From a virus, in IMG/VR virus record IMGVR_UViG_3300002835_000017: DNA of 64,000 bases; one strand, written 5' to 3'. Each line of letters starts with the position of its first letter. Positions within the stretch are counted from its first letter, which is position 1. The notes below the pieces were generated by a model. The model worked only from the letters and a program-made list of their open reading frames with translations, searched no databases and was not told the DNA's origin. The position numbers were made by a program, and so were the translations under genes. Below are positions 1 through 9,891 of the stretch, piece by piece.

Positions 1-167
1 GCTTTACCATGTAATAACAAATGTGGAATATCATTATTGTCCAAATATTGTTGAATGGTTTCCTTTACGGTTTCATTACCAACATATTCGGAAAGTGTTT
101 GTGGGCGGTATTTCTCCACCCACAAACTATGTTCTCTCTTACTAATATCGTTTTCAAAAAAGCTCAT
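1..167 (-). CDS. Clamp loader AAA+ subunit (RFC small subunit/T4 gp44-like), 5' part, runs off window
   Basis: Not in ORF track. Manual translation from ATG at 167 gives MSFFENDISKREHSLWVEKYRPQTLSEYVGNETVKETIQQYLDNNDIPHLLLHGKA: WVEKYRP RFC motif followed by PHLLLxG leading into Walker A. Confidence 0.9.
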   Translation of the reverse strand, partial: MSFFENDISKREHSLWVEKYRPQTLSEYVGNETVKETIQQYLDNNDIPHLLLHGK

Positions 168-173
168 AATAAA

Positions 174-473
174 TTAATTATTTTCTTTAGATTTTTCTCT
201 TTCTAATTTTGATTCTTCTGAAATTGGTCTTGGGAAGATTGTGAACTGCATTCCATTTTGTTGAAAATTTAATCCTTGTCCTTCTATTGGTTGAATGATT
301 AATGTTAGTGGCGATGGTTCTGAATTTTCATCTGCCCATGCAAATACTACAGGTTCATTGTTGAAAAATTGAAAACACCATTCAACATCTTCAATTGGTT
401 GTGGTTCTGAAATACTAATACTACCTTGTGGTTGCAATTCCTCATTTGGGAATAATTCTAATTGTTTTTTCAT
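174..473 (-). CDS. Hypothetical protein
   Basis: 99 aa ORF tightly packed in the operon. Confidence 0.6.
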   Translation of the reverse strand: MKKQLELFPNEELQPQGSISISEPQPIEDVEWCFQFFNNEPVVFAWADENSEPSPLTLIIQPIEGQGLNFQQNGMQFTIFPRPISEESKLEREKSKENN

Positions 474-511
474 TTTATATAGTTTATTTTTGATAATATA
501 ATTTATTTTCT

Positions 512-1258
512 TTAAATTTCAAAATTTTCTTTAATATATTTGTATAGATTTTTTGCGTATGTTTCGTTTTCAATGAAAGATGCATGTCTATGTTCATCTG
601 GTAAATTTGGATACTCTCCATCAAATCTGTTTTCATCGGTGTATTCGGTTCCAACAAATGTTCCATTCCAAATAAATGGTATTTCTTTTTCTTTCAAAAA
701 ATTTGTTATCAGTAAATGATTTTTATACCAATTTATAAAATCTTCACTTTTATTAGATAACGATATCAAATTTGCCCAAGCCATTCTTCCCTCCGTTTCT
801 TCATCGAAATATCCCCAAGGATTTGGATGGTATGGTTCTACTTCACCATTTTCCTTATAGTATTCTCTTCTATGTGGGTATGTATACATTATTAATACGA
901 TTGATGGTTTTAACTCATCTACCCAAGTTATAATACTTCTGGCAATATAATCATTACTTCTACCACTTATACCTAAATTTAAATCAACACCATTTGGTAT
1001 CATTCTAGATAAGTAATGTGACCAAGTTTGTCTATCATGCACACCTATCCCTTCAGTATGAGAGCACCCAACCGACATTATTTTTAATCCTTTCTTTTTA
1101 GGAGAATCACCTCTAAATCCTAACTCATTAAATGTGTAATAACAAGTTCCAGTATCGGACCCATTTCCTAATATTTCTTTATTTTTTCTTTCTTCTAATA
1201 ACCATTTGTAACTTGCTATATCAAATGTTTTAGGATTCCAAAAATTTAAACTTTTCAT
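512..1258 (-). CDS. SGNH/GDSL-like hydrolase-fold protein
   Basis: VGCSHTEG (block I-like), NLGISGRSN (block II-like), C-terminal His in DEHRHAS. Confidence 0.55.
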   Translation of the reverse strand: MKSLNFWNPKTFDIASYKWLLEERKNKEILGNGSDTGTCYYTFNELGFRGDSPKKKGLKIMSVGCSHTEGIGVHDRQTWSHYLSRMIPNGVDLNLGISGRSNDYIARSIITWVDELKPSIVLIMYTYPHRREYYKENGEVEPYHPNPWGYFDEETEGRMAWANLISLSNKSEDFINWYKNHLLITNFLKEKEIPFIWNGTFVGTEYTDENRFDGEYPNLPDEHRHASFIENETYAKNLYKYIKENFEI

Positions 1259-1260
1259 AA

Positions 1261-3822
1261 TTAAAATGTAAAAAACTTTTTTGCAGTTTGTGTTTCAGTT
1301 GATGCTTTTTCCCATTTCAATGCTTTGTAAAAATCATCTAACTTATTTTCCAACTCTGCTTTGAAAATCATATCTCTATCTACATATTGCTCTACAAAGT
1401 CCATAATTTCTTTTGGGTCATTGTAATCTTTAAATGCAACTGTATCTAATCCTAATGGGTTTTGTCTTAAATACACCCACTTAACCTTATCACCATCTCT
1501 AATTGGTTCATGCTTAAACGGGCAATCAAAGAACTTTAATAATCGGTTGTACGATATACCCGCTTTAACGTGTGCCGGAGTTCCTTTCTCAAAATTTGCA
1601 ATAGCTAACCCACTATCTTTTCTCCATTTTCCGTTATCGTATTTACTCAATTCCTTAATGGCTCCACCTTTTGCTATTTTGTTTACAGGTAGATTAACCA
1701 TACTAGCTTTAAATGCTAATAACTTTGTATCAACATACTCATTATCTTTACCCATAAGAATATCTTTCAACATACCTGACATATATTCCTGAAACGCTTT
1801 TGGGAAAGATGAACGAACTACATCCAAACCTTTTACATCCAACTTATCACATTTGATACCGTTCTTCAATACCATCCATTGTGCGTATCGTTTCTTTGCT
1901 ACCCAAAATCCTGCTTTGGAGATATATTCCTTTTTGATTTCAAATCTGTGTTTATCTTTTGGAATACAAAAGAATCTTTCAGCTAATAAATCATAAAATG
2001 AATTTAAGAATGTTTGTGTTTCTTCAGCAATTATGTTAACTTCACTTGCCATTCGTTGCTCATCAAACTCTTTGTATTCTGGATATCTATGTTTTACCAA
2101 TGGCTCTGCCATCATATAAATTGAATCCGTATCGATGTATACATTGTAATCTACTTTTGTACCTAATTCCTTATTATACTTGATATTTGCCATTTCAGCA
2201 GTTTTCTTAATCACAGTCTGACCTGTTATTGTAACTGCTTCTGCATTATCAATATCATAGAAACGAAATGCGGGTAATCCTAACACCCCATACATTGAGT
2301 TTAAAAGAATCTTTTGTACTAACTGGCGTTTGGCATAGAATTCATATTTTTCAGTATCACCTGCTTCACCATATTGTTTTTCTAATTTACGGAATTCAAC
2401 CCTTTGTTTGAACCATGTATCCAAAATATCTGCAATCAATCCTGGTTTATCTTGATTATATAATACACCATTTGCTGCTACCCCTAAATTACTATCTTTA
2501 ATAACTTCGGTTAATTCTTGTTTCGTATATTCGTATTTATCTCCTCCAGAACCTACAATTGTATAACTAGCATCTCCACCTCTAACCCAATGTTCTGCAT
2601 CCCAATTCTGAATTTTACCAATCTTCGTTTCAGGTGAGATATTCAGAGTCATAATGATTGATGGATATAGTGATGTTAAATCCAAATCATAAATCCAATC
2701 ATACTTACCAACAATCGGTTCTTTTACATAAGCTCCGATGAACTTCTCTTCGTTATTATCACGAAGTGCTTGCATCTTCTCTTTCCTATCTTTTGGTTTA
2801 TTTGGTGCTACTAACCCTTTGGTTTTTAGATATGCTAAACATGCTCCTTCCAAATATTTTGATGAGAACATATAATCTTCATACGGAACGAATCCTGCGT
2901 GGCAAATCGCTCTACATAACTCAATGAATTGAAGTTTCTCATCCATTGATACAACCAAGTCCACATCGACAATGTTATATTCAATAAACTTCTCCAAATC
3001 GTTTTCGAATAAATCATCCAAACTTCCCTCATACTCAACCTTACCTCTACCTAATTCTTTAGTAGCAATGTGATTTAGAGTATAGGATGATTCTAACCCA
3101 TAGTTATAGTTCTTATATAGATTAATATAATCCAAAATAGATACACCAGCAAAACTCCACTTCTGTCTGTAAGGTGAATAAAAGGTTTGTCCAATTGGAG
3201 ATAATCGTTTTGCATGTCCTTCCCCACATACGTTCTTAATACGATTGTAAAGATATGGAATATCAAAGAAATCAATGTTCCAACCTGTTAGGATTGTTGG
3301 ATTAACTTCTTCATAATAATTAAGAAATGCAATTAGAAGATTTTTCTCATTATCAAAAATATGCAGTTTTACATCTCTACCATCTTTACTGAATTGTTTT
3401 GCATTGTTTTTAACTTTTCTTGCTTTATCTAATACAAATACATCGTACAATTTAGTAACACCATCATGTGATGCTATTGCAGTAATTTCATTTTGTGCAA
3501 ATTGAGTGTTAGGTAATCCACTAACCATTTCAACTTCTATATCAAAAGTCATTGTTCTGTTTCCTTTTGATGGAATATCGGAATCGTATATATCAACTAA
3601 TACTCTAGTGGTTTCGGGTACATCTGATTCAAATAAATCTTCAGCTTCATCCTTTTCCCACTTTGAAATACGAGTCAATCTATCACCATGCATTGATGTA
3701 TGTTGTCCATACGGGTCTTTCTTATACGCATACTTTCGATATGGAAATGTTTGATAACCATTTTTATCATCCCATAGGTGGATAAGATTTTGTGCTCTTT
3801 CGTAAAATATGTTTTGATACAT
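1261..3822 (-). CDS. Family B DNA polymerase (T4 gp43-like)
   Basis: Exonuclease FDIE and GWNIDFFD; polymerase DLTSLYPSII, KILLNSMYG, YIDTDS, KKRY. Confidence 0.97.
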   Translation of the reverse strand: MYQNIFYERAQNLIHLWDDKNGYQTFPYRKYAYKKDPYGQHTSMHGDRLTRISKWEKDEAEDLFESDVPETTRVLVDIYDSDIPSKGNRTMTFDIEVEMVSGLPNTQFAQNEITAIASHDGVTKLYDVFVLDKARKVKNNAKQFSKDGRDVKLHIFDNEKNLLIAFLNYYEEVNPTILTGWNIDFFDIPYLYNRIKNVCGEGHAKRLSPIGQTFYSPYRQKWSFAGVSILDYINLYKNYNYGLESSYTLNHIATKELGRGKVEYEGSLDDLFENDLEKFIEYNIVDVDLVVSMDEKLQFIELCRAICHAGFVPYEDYMFSSKYLEGACLAYLKTKGLVAPNKPKDRKEKMQALRDNNEEKFIGAYVKEPIVGKYDWIYDLDLTSLYPSIIMTLNISPETKIGKIQNWDAEHWVRGGDASYTIVGSGGDKYEYTKQELTEVIKDSNLGVAANGVLYNQDKPGLIADILDTWFKQRVEFRKLEKQYGEAGDTEKYEFYAKRQLVQKILLNSMYGVLGLPAFRFYDIDNAEAVTITGQTVIKKTAEMANIKYNKELGTKVDYNVYIDTDSIYMMAEPLVKHRYPEYKEFDEQRMASEVNIIAEETQTFLNSFYDLLAERFFCIPKDKHRFEIKKEYISKAGFWVAKKRYAQWMVLKNGIKCDKLDVKGLDVVRSSFPKAFQEYMSGMLKDILMGKDNEYVDTKLLAFKASMVNLPVNKIAKGGAIKELSKYDNGKWRKDSGLAIANFEKGTPAHVKAGISYNRLLKFFDCPFKHEPIRDGDKVKWVYLRQNPLGLDTVAFKDYNDPKEIMDFVEQYVDRDMIFKAELENKLDDFYKALKWEKASTETQTAKKFFTF

Positions 3823-3831
3823 TTGTTATTT

Positions 3832-5403
3832 TTAAGGTTTGTAGAAAATAAAGATTGGTTCATATTTGTAAACCATATCACCTATCTTCATACTATTTTT
3901 CACTCCACTCAAATCAACACCCGTCATAGGACTCATTGTCATTTTAATCTTACCCTTATATTCACACCCCAACTCTGTAAGAATATCAATTGAATCCTGC
4001 TCCAATGGGAAAAACTTATCCTTACCCACTTTAATATCCGCAATGTTCCAAAGAATGTATCTATCATTACGAAGATATTCAAATGCAGTTGTTAGTGTAG
4101 GTCTTAAAAATCCATCTCTCCAACTATCGTAGTTATTGAATTTCTTAAATGATTGTGTTTCATCATTTGAGTATCTTTCTCTATCAAAGTATGGTGGAGA
4201 TGTAAATGCAAAATCTAACTTACCCTTATACTTTTGAAAATTACCATCTAAATGAATTATCTCCGAACCTGTTGTAAAGATTTCATAAGTATTTTGATGT
4301 CCCCAAAAAGGATTACTTGCACCTGGAATCTTATTGTTAAAGAATTCTGCTAAATACTCATATCTCGTCTTACCAATTTCAGGTATTTGATTTTCAGTAT
4401 TAGGGTCATTACCAATGTAGTGAATGTTTCTATCATCTACTGATAATGCTCCTAAAATTCTACCACCCCAACCTGCCGATGGGTCATAAATGTTTATAAC
4501 CTTTTGGTCTTTGATATGTTCTGTAAATCTCTGATACAGATACTTTGCAGTTAATGGTGGAAAGTTTACTACTGCTTGCGTTCCCATACCAATACGGAAT
4601 GCCGCAGTTGCTTCTGGGAAGATAGTTTGACCAAACGGATATGTTTTAATCTGAATTGGTTGTTTTGGAATATCAATTAGATTATCAATATTCTCACCCC
4701 AATCCGCAGTTTTAAGTGATGAAATATTCTCATACTTCAATATCCCTGCTTTATACAAATCCTTTACCTCTTGTGCAGTAATTGGTGGAGATGGTACTTT
4801 ACTATCTGCCTGTGATAAACAAAACCCATGTCCTTGTTGTGTATCTCCTGCTGCCCATTTCTCAATCCATTCTTTACCAGTTTGAATATGTGAGTTGTGG
4901 AAATCTGGATGATTTAAGTGTAGAGTTTTAGAAAAACGATACATACCATCCTGACGAGTTAAACGATTCATCTGTTTAATGAAATCAGGTAAGTACGCAT
5001 CATCTACAAAAATATCGTAGATTGATGGTTTTGGTTTATCGTATGCAGAACCACCGATACCTGTTTTGTACATTGCAGGAAAGAATTGATTTACACAAGT
5101 GGCAAATTTGTTAAAGTTAAAAATAACTTCATCACCATCTTTGTCTACCTTACTAAACTCATTAACTTTGTATGTTTGTAGTTTAGAAAAGTTTTCAATA
5201 ATTTCAGCTTCGTCCATACCAATCCTCGGTGGTGCATCCGTTCTGTTCCACTGCTCAATGGCAGTTTTACGAAAGAAATCAACCCACTTACCAAACTCCG
5301 GAAAAGGCATCTTTAATACATCTTCGTATTTAAGATTTATTTCTGGAGAGTAAATCCAATCGTTTCTTTCGTAAAAATACTTCTTTTTATAATTGAATGC
5401 CAT
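3832..5403 (-). CDS. SAM-dependent amino-DNA methyltransferase-like protein (paralog 1)
   Basis: Motif I YDPSAGWGGR, motif IV FTSPPYF, long N-terminal extension. Confidence 0.8.
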   Translation of the reverse strand: MAFNYKKKYFYERNDWIYSPEINLKYEDVLKMPFPEFGKWVDFFRKTAIEQWNRTDAPPRIGMDEAEIIENFSKLQTYKVNEFSKVDKDGDEVIFNFNKFATCVNQFFPAMYKTGIGGSAYDKPKPSIYDIFVDDAYLPDFIKQMNRLTRQDGMYRFSKTLHLNHPDFHNSHIQTGKEWIEKWAAGDTQQGHGFCLSQADSKVPSPPITAQEVKDLYKAGILKYENISSLKTADWGENIDNLIDIPKQPIQIKTYPFGQTIFPEATAAFRIGMGTQAVVNFPPLTAKYLYQRFTEHIKDQKVINIYDPSAGWGGRILGALSVDDRNIHYIGNDPNTENQIPEIGKTRYEYLAEFFNNKIPGASNPFWGHQNTYEIFTTGSEIIHLDGNFQKYKGKLDFAFTSPPYFDRERYSNDETQSFKKFNNYDSWRDGFLRPTLTTAFEYLRNDRYILWNIADIKVGKDKFFPLEQDSIDILTELGCEYKGKIKMTMSPMTGVDLSGVKNSMKIGDMVYKYEPIFIFYKP

Positions 5404-5404
5404 T

Positions 5405-6124
5405 CTATGCGGTTAATTGTACTTCTACCAAGTAATAGTTTGCAGTGAAATCATCAATTTTGAATTCAACATGCGCTAAACCTGAAGTAGATATTTTTAA
5501 TACTACCGAATTGGCTTCTTTGTTTGCAGAGAAAATCTCTTTGAGATACTTTGCAGAGAATGAAATAGGTTTAACTTCTTCTGTATAATCTTTGTTAACA
5601 GAAAATTCAATCAAAGTTGAATTTACATTCGAATAACCTAATACAAGTTTCAATTCACTATTCTTTGTAAGAACGGTAAATGTATCTACATCAGATAATG
5701 CGTTTTTAGCTTTAATAAATTTGTCAATAAATTTACCATCAAATGCAATTTCAATATCAAATTCTGGTAGAGATTTCAAATCCGGAACTGATGGGATAAC
5801 TGCCAAATCCGCTAATTGGAATTGAGCCTTTGTATCATCACTTTTGATAAATAAACTTACAGCCTTTCCTTCAACTTGCTGAACATCCAATTCAACATCG
5901 TCACCTACAACTGATAACAATTTTGTTAATTGTGATGTTGTGTAAATACCTAAATTAGGTGTTGTTTGAGTAAAATTATCTAATTGAATTTCACCTAATA
6001 CTGTCTTATCATCGGAGATAAAACGAGTAACCAATTTGCCATCTGCTGCTTTCCATGCTACAGATTCTACTAATCCTGCCAAATTATACTTTTGGATAAA
6101 TCTTGTAATTCTTGTTTTGTTCAT
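5405..6124 (-). CDS. Sliding clamp (gp45/PCNA-like)
   Basis: 239 aa, beta-rich, PCNA-like FSAKYL and C-terminal YYL; lies beside polB and the clamp loader. Confidence 0.75.
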   Translation of the reverse strand: MNKTRITRFIQKYNLAGLVESVAWKAADGKLVTRFISDDKTVLGEIQLDNFTQTTPNLGIYTTSQLTKLLSVVGDDVELDVQQVEGKAVSLFIKSDDTKAQFQLADLAVIPSVPDLKSLPEFDIEIAFDGKFIDKFIKAKNALSDVDTFTVLTKNSELKLVLGYSNVNSTLIEFSVNKDYTEEVKPISFSAKYLKEIFSANKEANSVVLKISTSGLAHVEFKIDDFTANYYLVEVQLTA

Positions 6125-6146
6125 GTTTTTTAAATTTAATTGTTTA

Positions 6147-6177
6147 CGAATATACTATATTTTTTTTATATTTACAA
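6147..6177 (-). promoter_or_regulatory. Bacteroidota sigmaA-type promoter (TTG-N20-TATATTCG)
   Basis: Matches -33/-7 consensus TTG...TAnnTTTG with 20-nt spacer, upstream of clamp gene. Confidence 0.65.
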
Positions 6178-6181
6178 GTCA

Positions 6182-7411
6182 CTATGGTTTTTTCCATATC
6201 CATACTGGCTCACAAAATGTTTTATTTTTTGCTTCTTCCGCTTTTAATAGAGCTTCTTCTGTGTATCTTTCCTCATCCCCTTCTATAATTGCACCTGCTC
6301 CTGCTGAACCTGGTCTCTTTGCCATTTCCATCCCCAAGCAACCCTCATATTCTCCACCTAACGAAGCAATATAATCGTTCATAGGATTTGTTATCTCTTG
6401 ATACCCCTTACCATCTCCTTTGGAAGATGCATATACATCGGCAATATTGATTGCTAAATACCCACCCTTTCTAATAGTCGGCCAAACCTTTTCGATTGTT
6501 TTGTGTAAGAATAATTTATTCCATGCATCAATGTTGTTGTATCGAACCCAACTTTGGGTATCGTCATAAGAATATCGTTCAACATTGAAATATGGGGGTG
6601 AGCTGAAAACAATGTCAAAATAATTGGTGTACTCACTATAATCCATGTCTTCAGCTGGTGAGCAATGGAATGTAGTTTTTTTATCGGTTTCAAACCATCC
6701 GTTGTGTTTTTTGTAGAATTCTGATTGTTGTTCATAAATTGGGTGATTTTCTTTTCTCGGGTCAATGCCGACATAATGTTCTCCTTTTTCAGATGCCATA
6801 AATCCACACAGCCTATCTCCCCACCCTGCCGAAATGTCTAATACATTTTTTGCATCAACCATATCATAAAGTGCTTTGGCAACATTAGGTTTGAATTGGG
6901 AGCAAATGTATTTTCTCAAACCTAAACAAACTCTTAATTCACTTCTACCTACTTCATCAAATTTAAGAGTATATAATCCCCCCATTAGACTCGTCATAAA
7001 CTCCTTCGAATTCCACGTTCTATGAGGACCTGGCGAAACCGTCCCGTCTACACTCCATCTATTAGATTGTTGAAAGAAATTGGATGCAGAATTGCCAGTA
7101 TTCAACCTTCTTACAAATTGTTGTTTACCTCTGAAAGTTAAAGGATAATTGCTCTCCGATGCTTTACGAGGAAACCACTCACCTTCGGTTAGGAGTTCGT
7201 GATAGCGAGTTCCTTTGAGAGCAAGGTATTCTTTTCTAGCTTCTGTTTCTGTTATTTCTGCGTATGGTAGTTCGTATTCCATACACACTTCTGCAAGAGA
7301 GTCTTTTACATCATCTCTATCAAACGTGGTTTTAATATAACTCCACTCTTCACTATTGATGTGAAGATATGGAGTCATACCTTTGAACTTGTCAAAGTGC
7401 TCTAAATACAT
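6182..7411 (-). CDS. SAM-dependent amino-DNA methyltransferase-like protein (paralog 2)
   Basis: LDISAGWGDR, FSSPPYF; shares F.P..AK.LY and ERYS.D.TQS with 3832-5403. Confidence 0.8.
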   Translation of the reverse strand: MYLEHFDKFKGMTPYLHINSEEWSYIKTTFDRDDVKDSLAEVCMEYELPYAEITETEARKEYLALKGTRYHELLTEGEWFPRKASESNYPLTFRGKQQFVRRLNTGNSASNFFQQSNRWSVDGTVSPGPHRTWNSKEFMTSLMGGLYTLKFDEVGRSELRVCLGLRKYICSQFKPNVAKALYDMVDAKNVLDISAGWGDRLCGFMASEKGEHYVGIDPRKENHPIYEQQSEFYKKHNGWFETDKKTTFHCSPAEDMDYSEYTNYFDIVFSSPPYFNVERYSYDDTQSWVRYNNIDAWNKLFLHKTIEKVWPTIRKGGYLAINIADVYASSKGDGKGYQEITNPMNDYIASLGGEYEGCLGMEMAKRPGSAGAGAIIEGDEERYTEEALLKAEEAKNKTFCEPVWIWKKP

Positions 7412-7426
7412 AACTTATTGTTTATT

Positions 7427-7939
7427 TTAACTACCAAAAAATACCTGAACTTCTGTTTTATCTCCGTTCTGAATAACATCAAAACTTTCTACAAACAAAT
7501 GTTCCGTATCTCCAATCTTTTTATATAAATTATCAGCTGCTGCCCATAACTCTAACCAAGTTAATTCTTTATTTTCCAATTGGATTTGAGTAGCATCTAA
7601 TCCGTTTGTCATATAATCGGCAGTAATACCAGATAGTTCATTTATATTATCAACTTCATATACAGAAAATACTGTTTCAAAACCATTCAGTTCTGCTAAA
7701 TCAGCAAACTCTTCTATTTTAGATGTTATAGCATCACCATCTTCAATTCTTTCATCTCTCATATAATCTTCTACTAATTTTCGTTCAACATTTGGGGTAT
7801 TATCTATCAGCATCTTTGCCATCTTCATAATATCATCATACGGAACTCCTTCTTCTGTCATATCCATAATCATTTTACCAATAATAGGATTTGAAATTTC
7901 ATCTCTCATCCATTTTTCTACTTCTTCTTTACTTTTCAT
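7427..7939 (-). CDS. Hypothetical acidic protein
   Basis: 170 aa ORF, packed in operon. Confidence 0.6.
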   Translation of the reverse strand: MKSKEEVEKWMRDEISNPIIGKMIMDMTEEGVPYDDIMKMAKMLIDNTPNVERKLVEDYMRDERIEDGDAITSKIEEFADLAELNGFETVFSVYEVDNINELSGITADYMTNGLDATQIQLENKELTWLELWAAADNLYKKIGDTEHLFVESFDVIQNGDKTEVQVFFGS

Positions 7940-7949
7940 AACTTTTATT

Positions 7950-9065
7950 TTACATCTTTTTAAGCAAAAATAACAACTCTTTTACTTTATTATTTCTTTT
8001 ATTACTTTTTATATTACCACCTCTAAATACAACATAATCTTTTTCAAACATTTTTACTTTACCGTGTTTATTCATAATTTCATAAAAATCTTCTTCTGTC
8101 AAAAATCCTTCATTATTATATGAAACTAATATAAATTTGGCATTTGTATTTTCAATTAATTTAGAAAATGTATCTTTAATTGTCGATTTCTTATTCCAAT
8201 CTGATTTGTTCCAATCATTTGGAATTCCTGATACTTTTGATAATATTTCTGGATTTATATTATTACTCAATATTGAGTTTAACATAAAATAGTTAGAACT
8301 ATATGGATGCTGATTATACGGTGGGTCAAAATATGCCAAATCCAATTCGGGTATATTTTTAACAATTTCGGCAGTATCACCTTTATAAATACTATAATCA
8401 CATTCATAATTAGAAAAAATTGGATATGGTAAAATTATTTCATCTGTAATTCTATTCATAGCATCACTATTAGTTCCACCAAACTTACCAATTTGAGTTG
8501 TTTTATCTTTATAAAAGCCTTTAAAAACTCCACTTGTATTATTATTTACAGATGCTTTATACAAAAGTGGTGCTAAATATAAATGTTTATTATTCATATT
8601 ATCAATATTATAGCGTATTGAATCTATAATATTTGCATTTTGGTTTGTATAAAAACATCTATCATCTTTTTGAATATTAGAATCATCTTTTGGTGAATAG
8701 TATTCACGAATAATTCCATTTTTTACATTATTTTGTCGTATACTATTTAAATAATCTATACCTCCCTTAATTTCAATTTGATTTAATTCTGATATGTTTG
8801 AAAGATAACATTTATTTATTGTTTCAACATAATCTTCTAAATCATTTGTATATAATTTACTGGAATGTTGTTTGAAAAATCTGGATACTACACCACTACC
8901 CGCAAACCCATCTAATATTGATAATTTATTTTTATTTAATTCGGATTTAACCTCATTCAATGGTTGCTCTATAAATGATAATAATTTTCGTTTATTACCA
9001 ATATATGTAATTAGTTGAGATGAAAGATATAGTGGATTTTCTACATCTATAAATTTTTGTATCAT
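7950..9065 (-). CDS. D12-class N6-adenine DNA methyltransferase
   Basis: YIGNKRKL, DGFAGSG (motif I), YFDPPY (motif IV). Confidence 0.9.
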   Translation of the reverse strand: MIQKFIDVENPLYLSSQLITYIGNKRKLLSFIEQPLNEVKSELNKNKLSILDGFAGSGVVSRFFKQHSSKLYTNDLEDYVETINKCYLSNISELNQIEIKGGIDYLNSIRQNNVKNGIIREYYSPKDDSNIQKDDRCFYTNQNANIIDSIRYNIDNMNNKHLYLAPLLYKASVNNNTSGVFKGFYKDKTTQIGKFGGTNSDAMNRITDEIILPYPIFSNYECDYSIYKGDTAEIVKNIPELDLAYFDPPYNQHPYSSNYFMLNSILSNNINPEILSKVSGIPNDWNKSDWNKKSTIKDTFSKLIENTNAKFILVSYNNEGFLTEEDFYEIMNKHGKVKMFEKDYVVFRGGNIKSNKRNNKVKELLFLLKKM

Positions 9066-9076
9066 TATATAATTTA

Positions 9077-9796
9077 TTATAAATATTTAGCAATATAGTA
9101 TTCCAATGATTGTTCGGAAGTGGATTTAAAAACTTTTACCATTTCTTCATAAGTCCAATCGGATGAACCATATAATGCTTCATTATATTTGTGTCCTCGC
9201 ATGTAATATGTTCCAGCTCTATTAAATGAATCTTTAAATAAATTAATTGTGTTTTTCTTTAAACCTTTAAAAACCATCACAACACGAGACCCAATTGTTT
9301 CACTCTCATCAAAATCACATCCTTGTAAAAAAGTAACAAACGGTAAAATACGTTCTTGTGAAAATAACAAATCTAAACAATTGTAATTTTTACCCAATCT
9401 TTCAACTGCGTTTCCCAATGCTTGTTTTGATTTACCTTCTGCTAGTCTTTTATCATTTGTTCCTTGTGTTTTTTGTTCTCCAACTAATATAAACCGTTTA
9501 ACACCATTAATTATTACATAAATAAATCCACCATCTGGTGTTAAAAATGTACTATCTTTAACTGATTCCAAATAAATAGAATCTCCTAACCCATAATCGT
9601 TTCTTAATATTAAATATATTTCGTTTATAGATAATTTTTTTTGAAATCCAAATGTGTATTTTGGATATTTCTTTTTTAGAAATTTTAAAGTATCATTAAC
9701 GGATACAATCATTAATTTTTCTTGTATTTTAGAAAATGTGTTCTTTTCTGAATGTTGGTTTTTACGATTTCTAATTGATTCTGATAAGTTTGTCAT
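9077..9796 (-). CDS. EcoRI-family type II restriction endonuclease
   Basis: PDGG...ILVGEQKTQG (PD-ExK) and GNAVERLGKN...PFVTFLQG parallel EcoRI PDGG/AEAKHQG/GNAIERSHKN/PYVLFLEG. Confidence 0.8.
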   Translation of the reverse strand: MTNLSESIRNRKNQHSEKNTFSKIQEKLMIVSVNDTLKFLKKKYPKYTFGFQKKLSINEIYLILRNDYGLGDSIYLESVKDSTFLTPDGGFIYVIINGVKRFILVGEQKTQGTNDKRLAEGKSKQALGNAVERLGKNYNCLDLLFSQERILPFVTFLQGCDFDESETIGSRVVMVFKGLKKNTINLFKDSFNRAGTYYMRGHKYNEALYGSSDWTYEEMVKVFKSTSEQSLEYYIAKYL

Positions 9797-9891
9797 AACT
9801 GATTTGTTTTAAAGTTTAAAGTTGAATAGCTCTCACCGAACTATACAATAAAGATACACAATTCCGCGCAATAATCCTAGCACTTTCGTAA

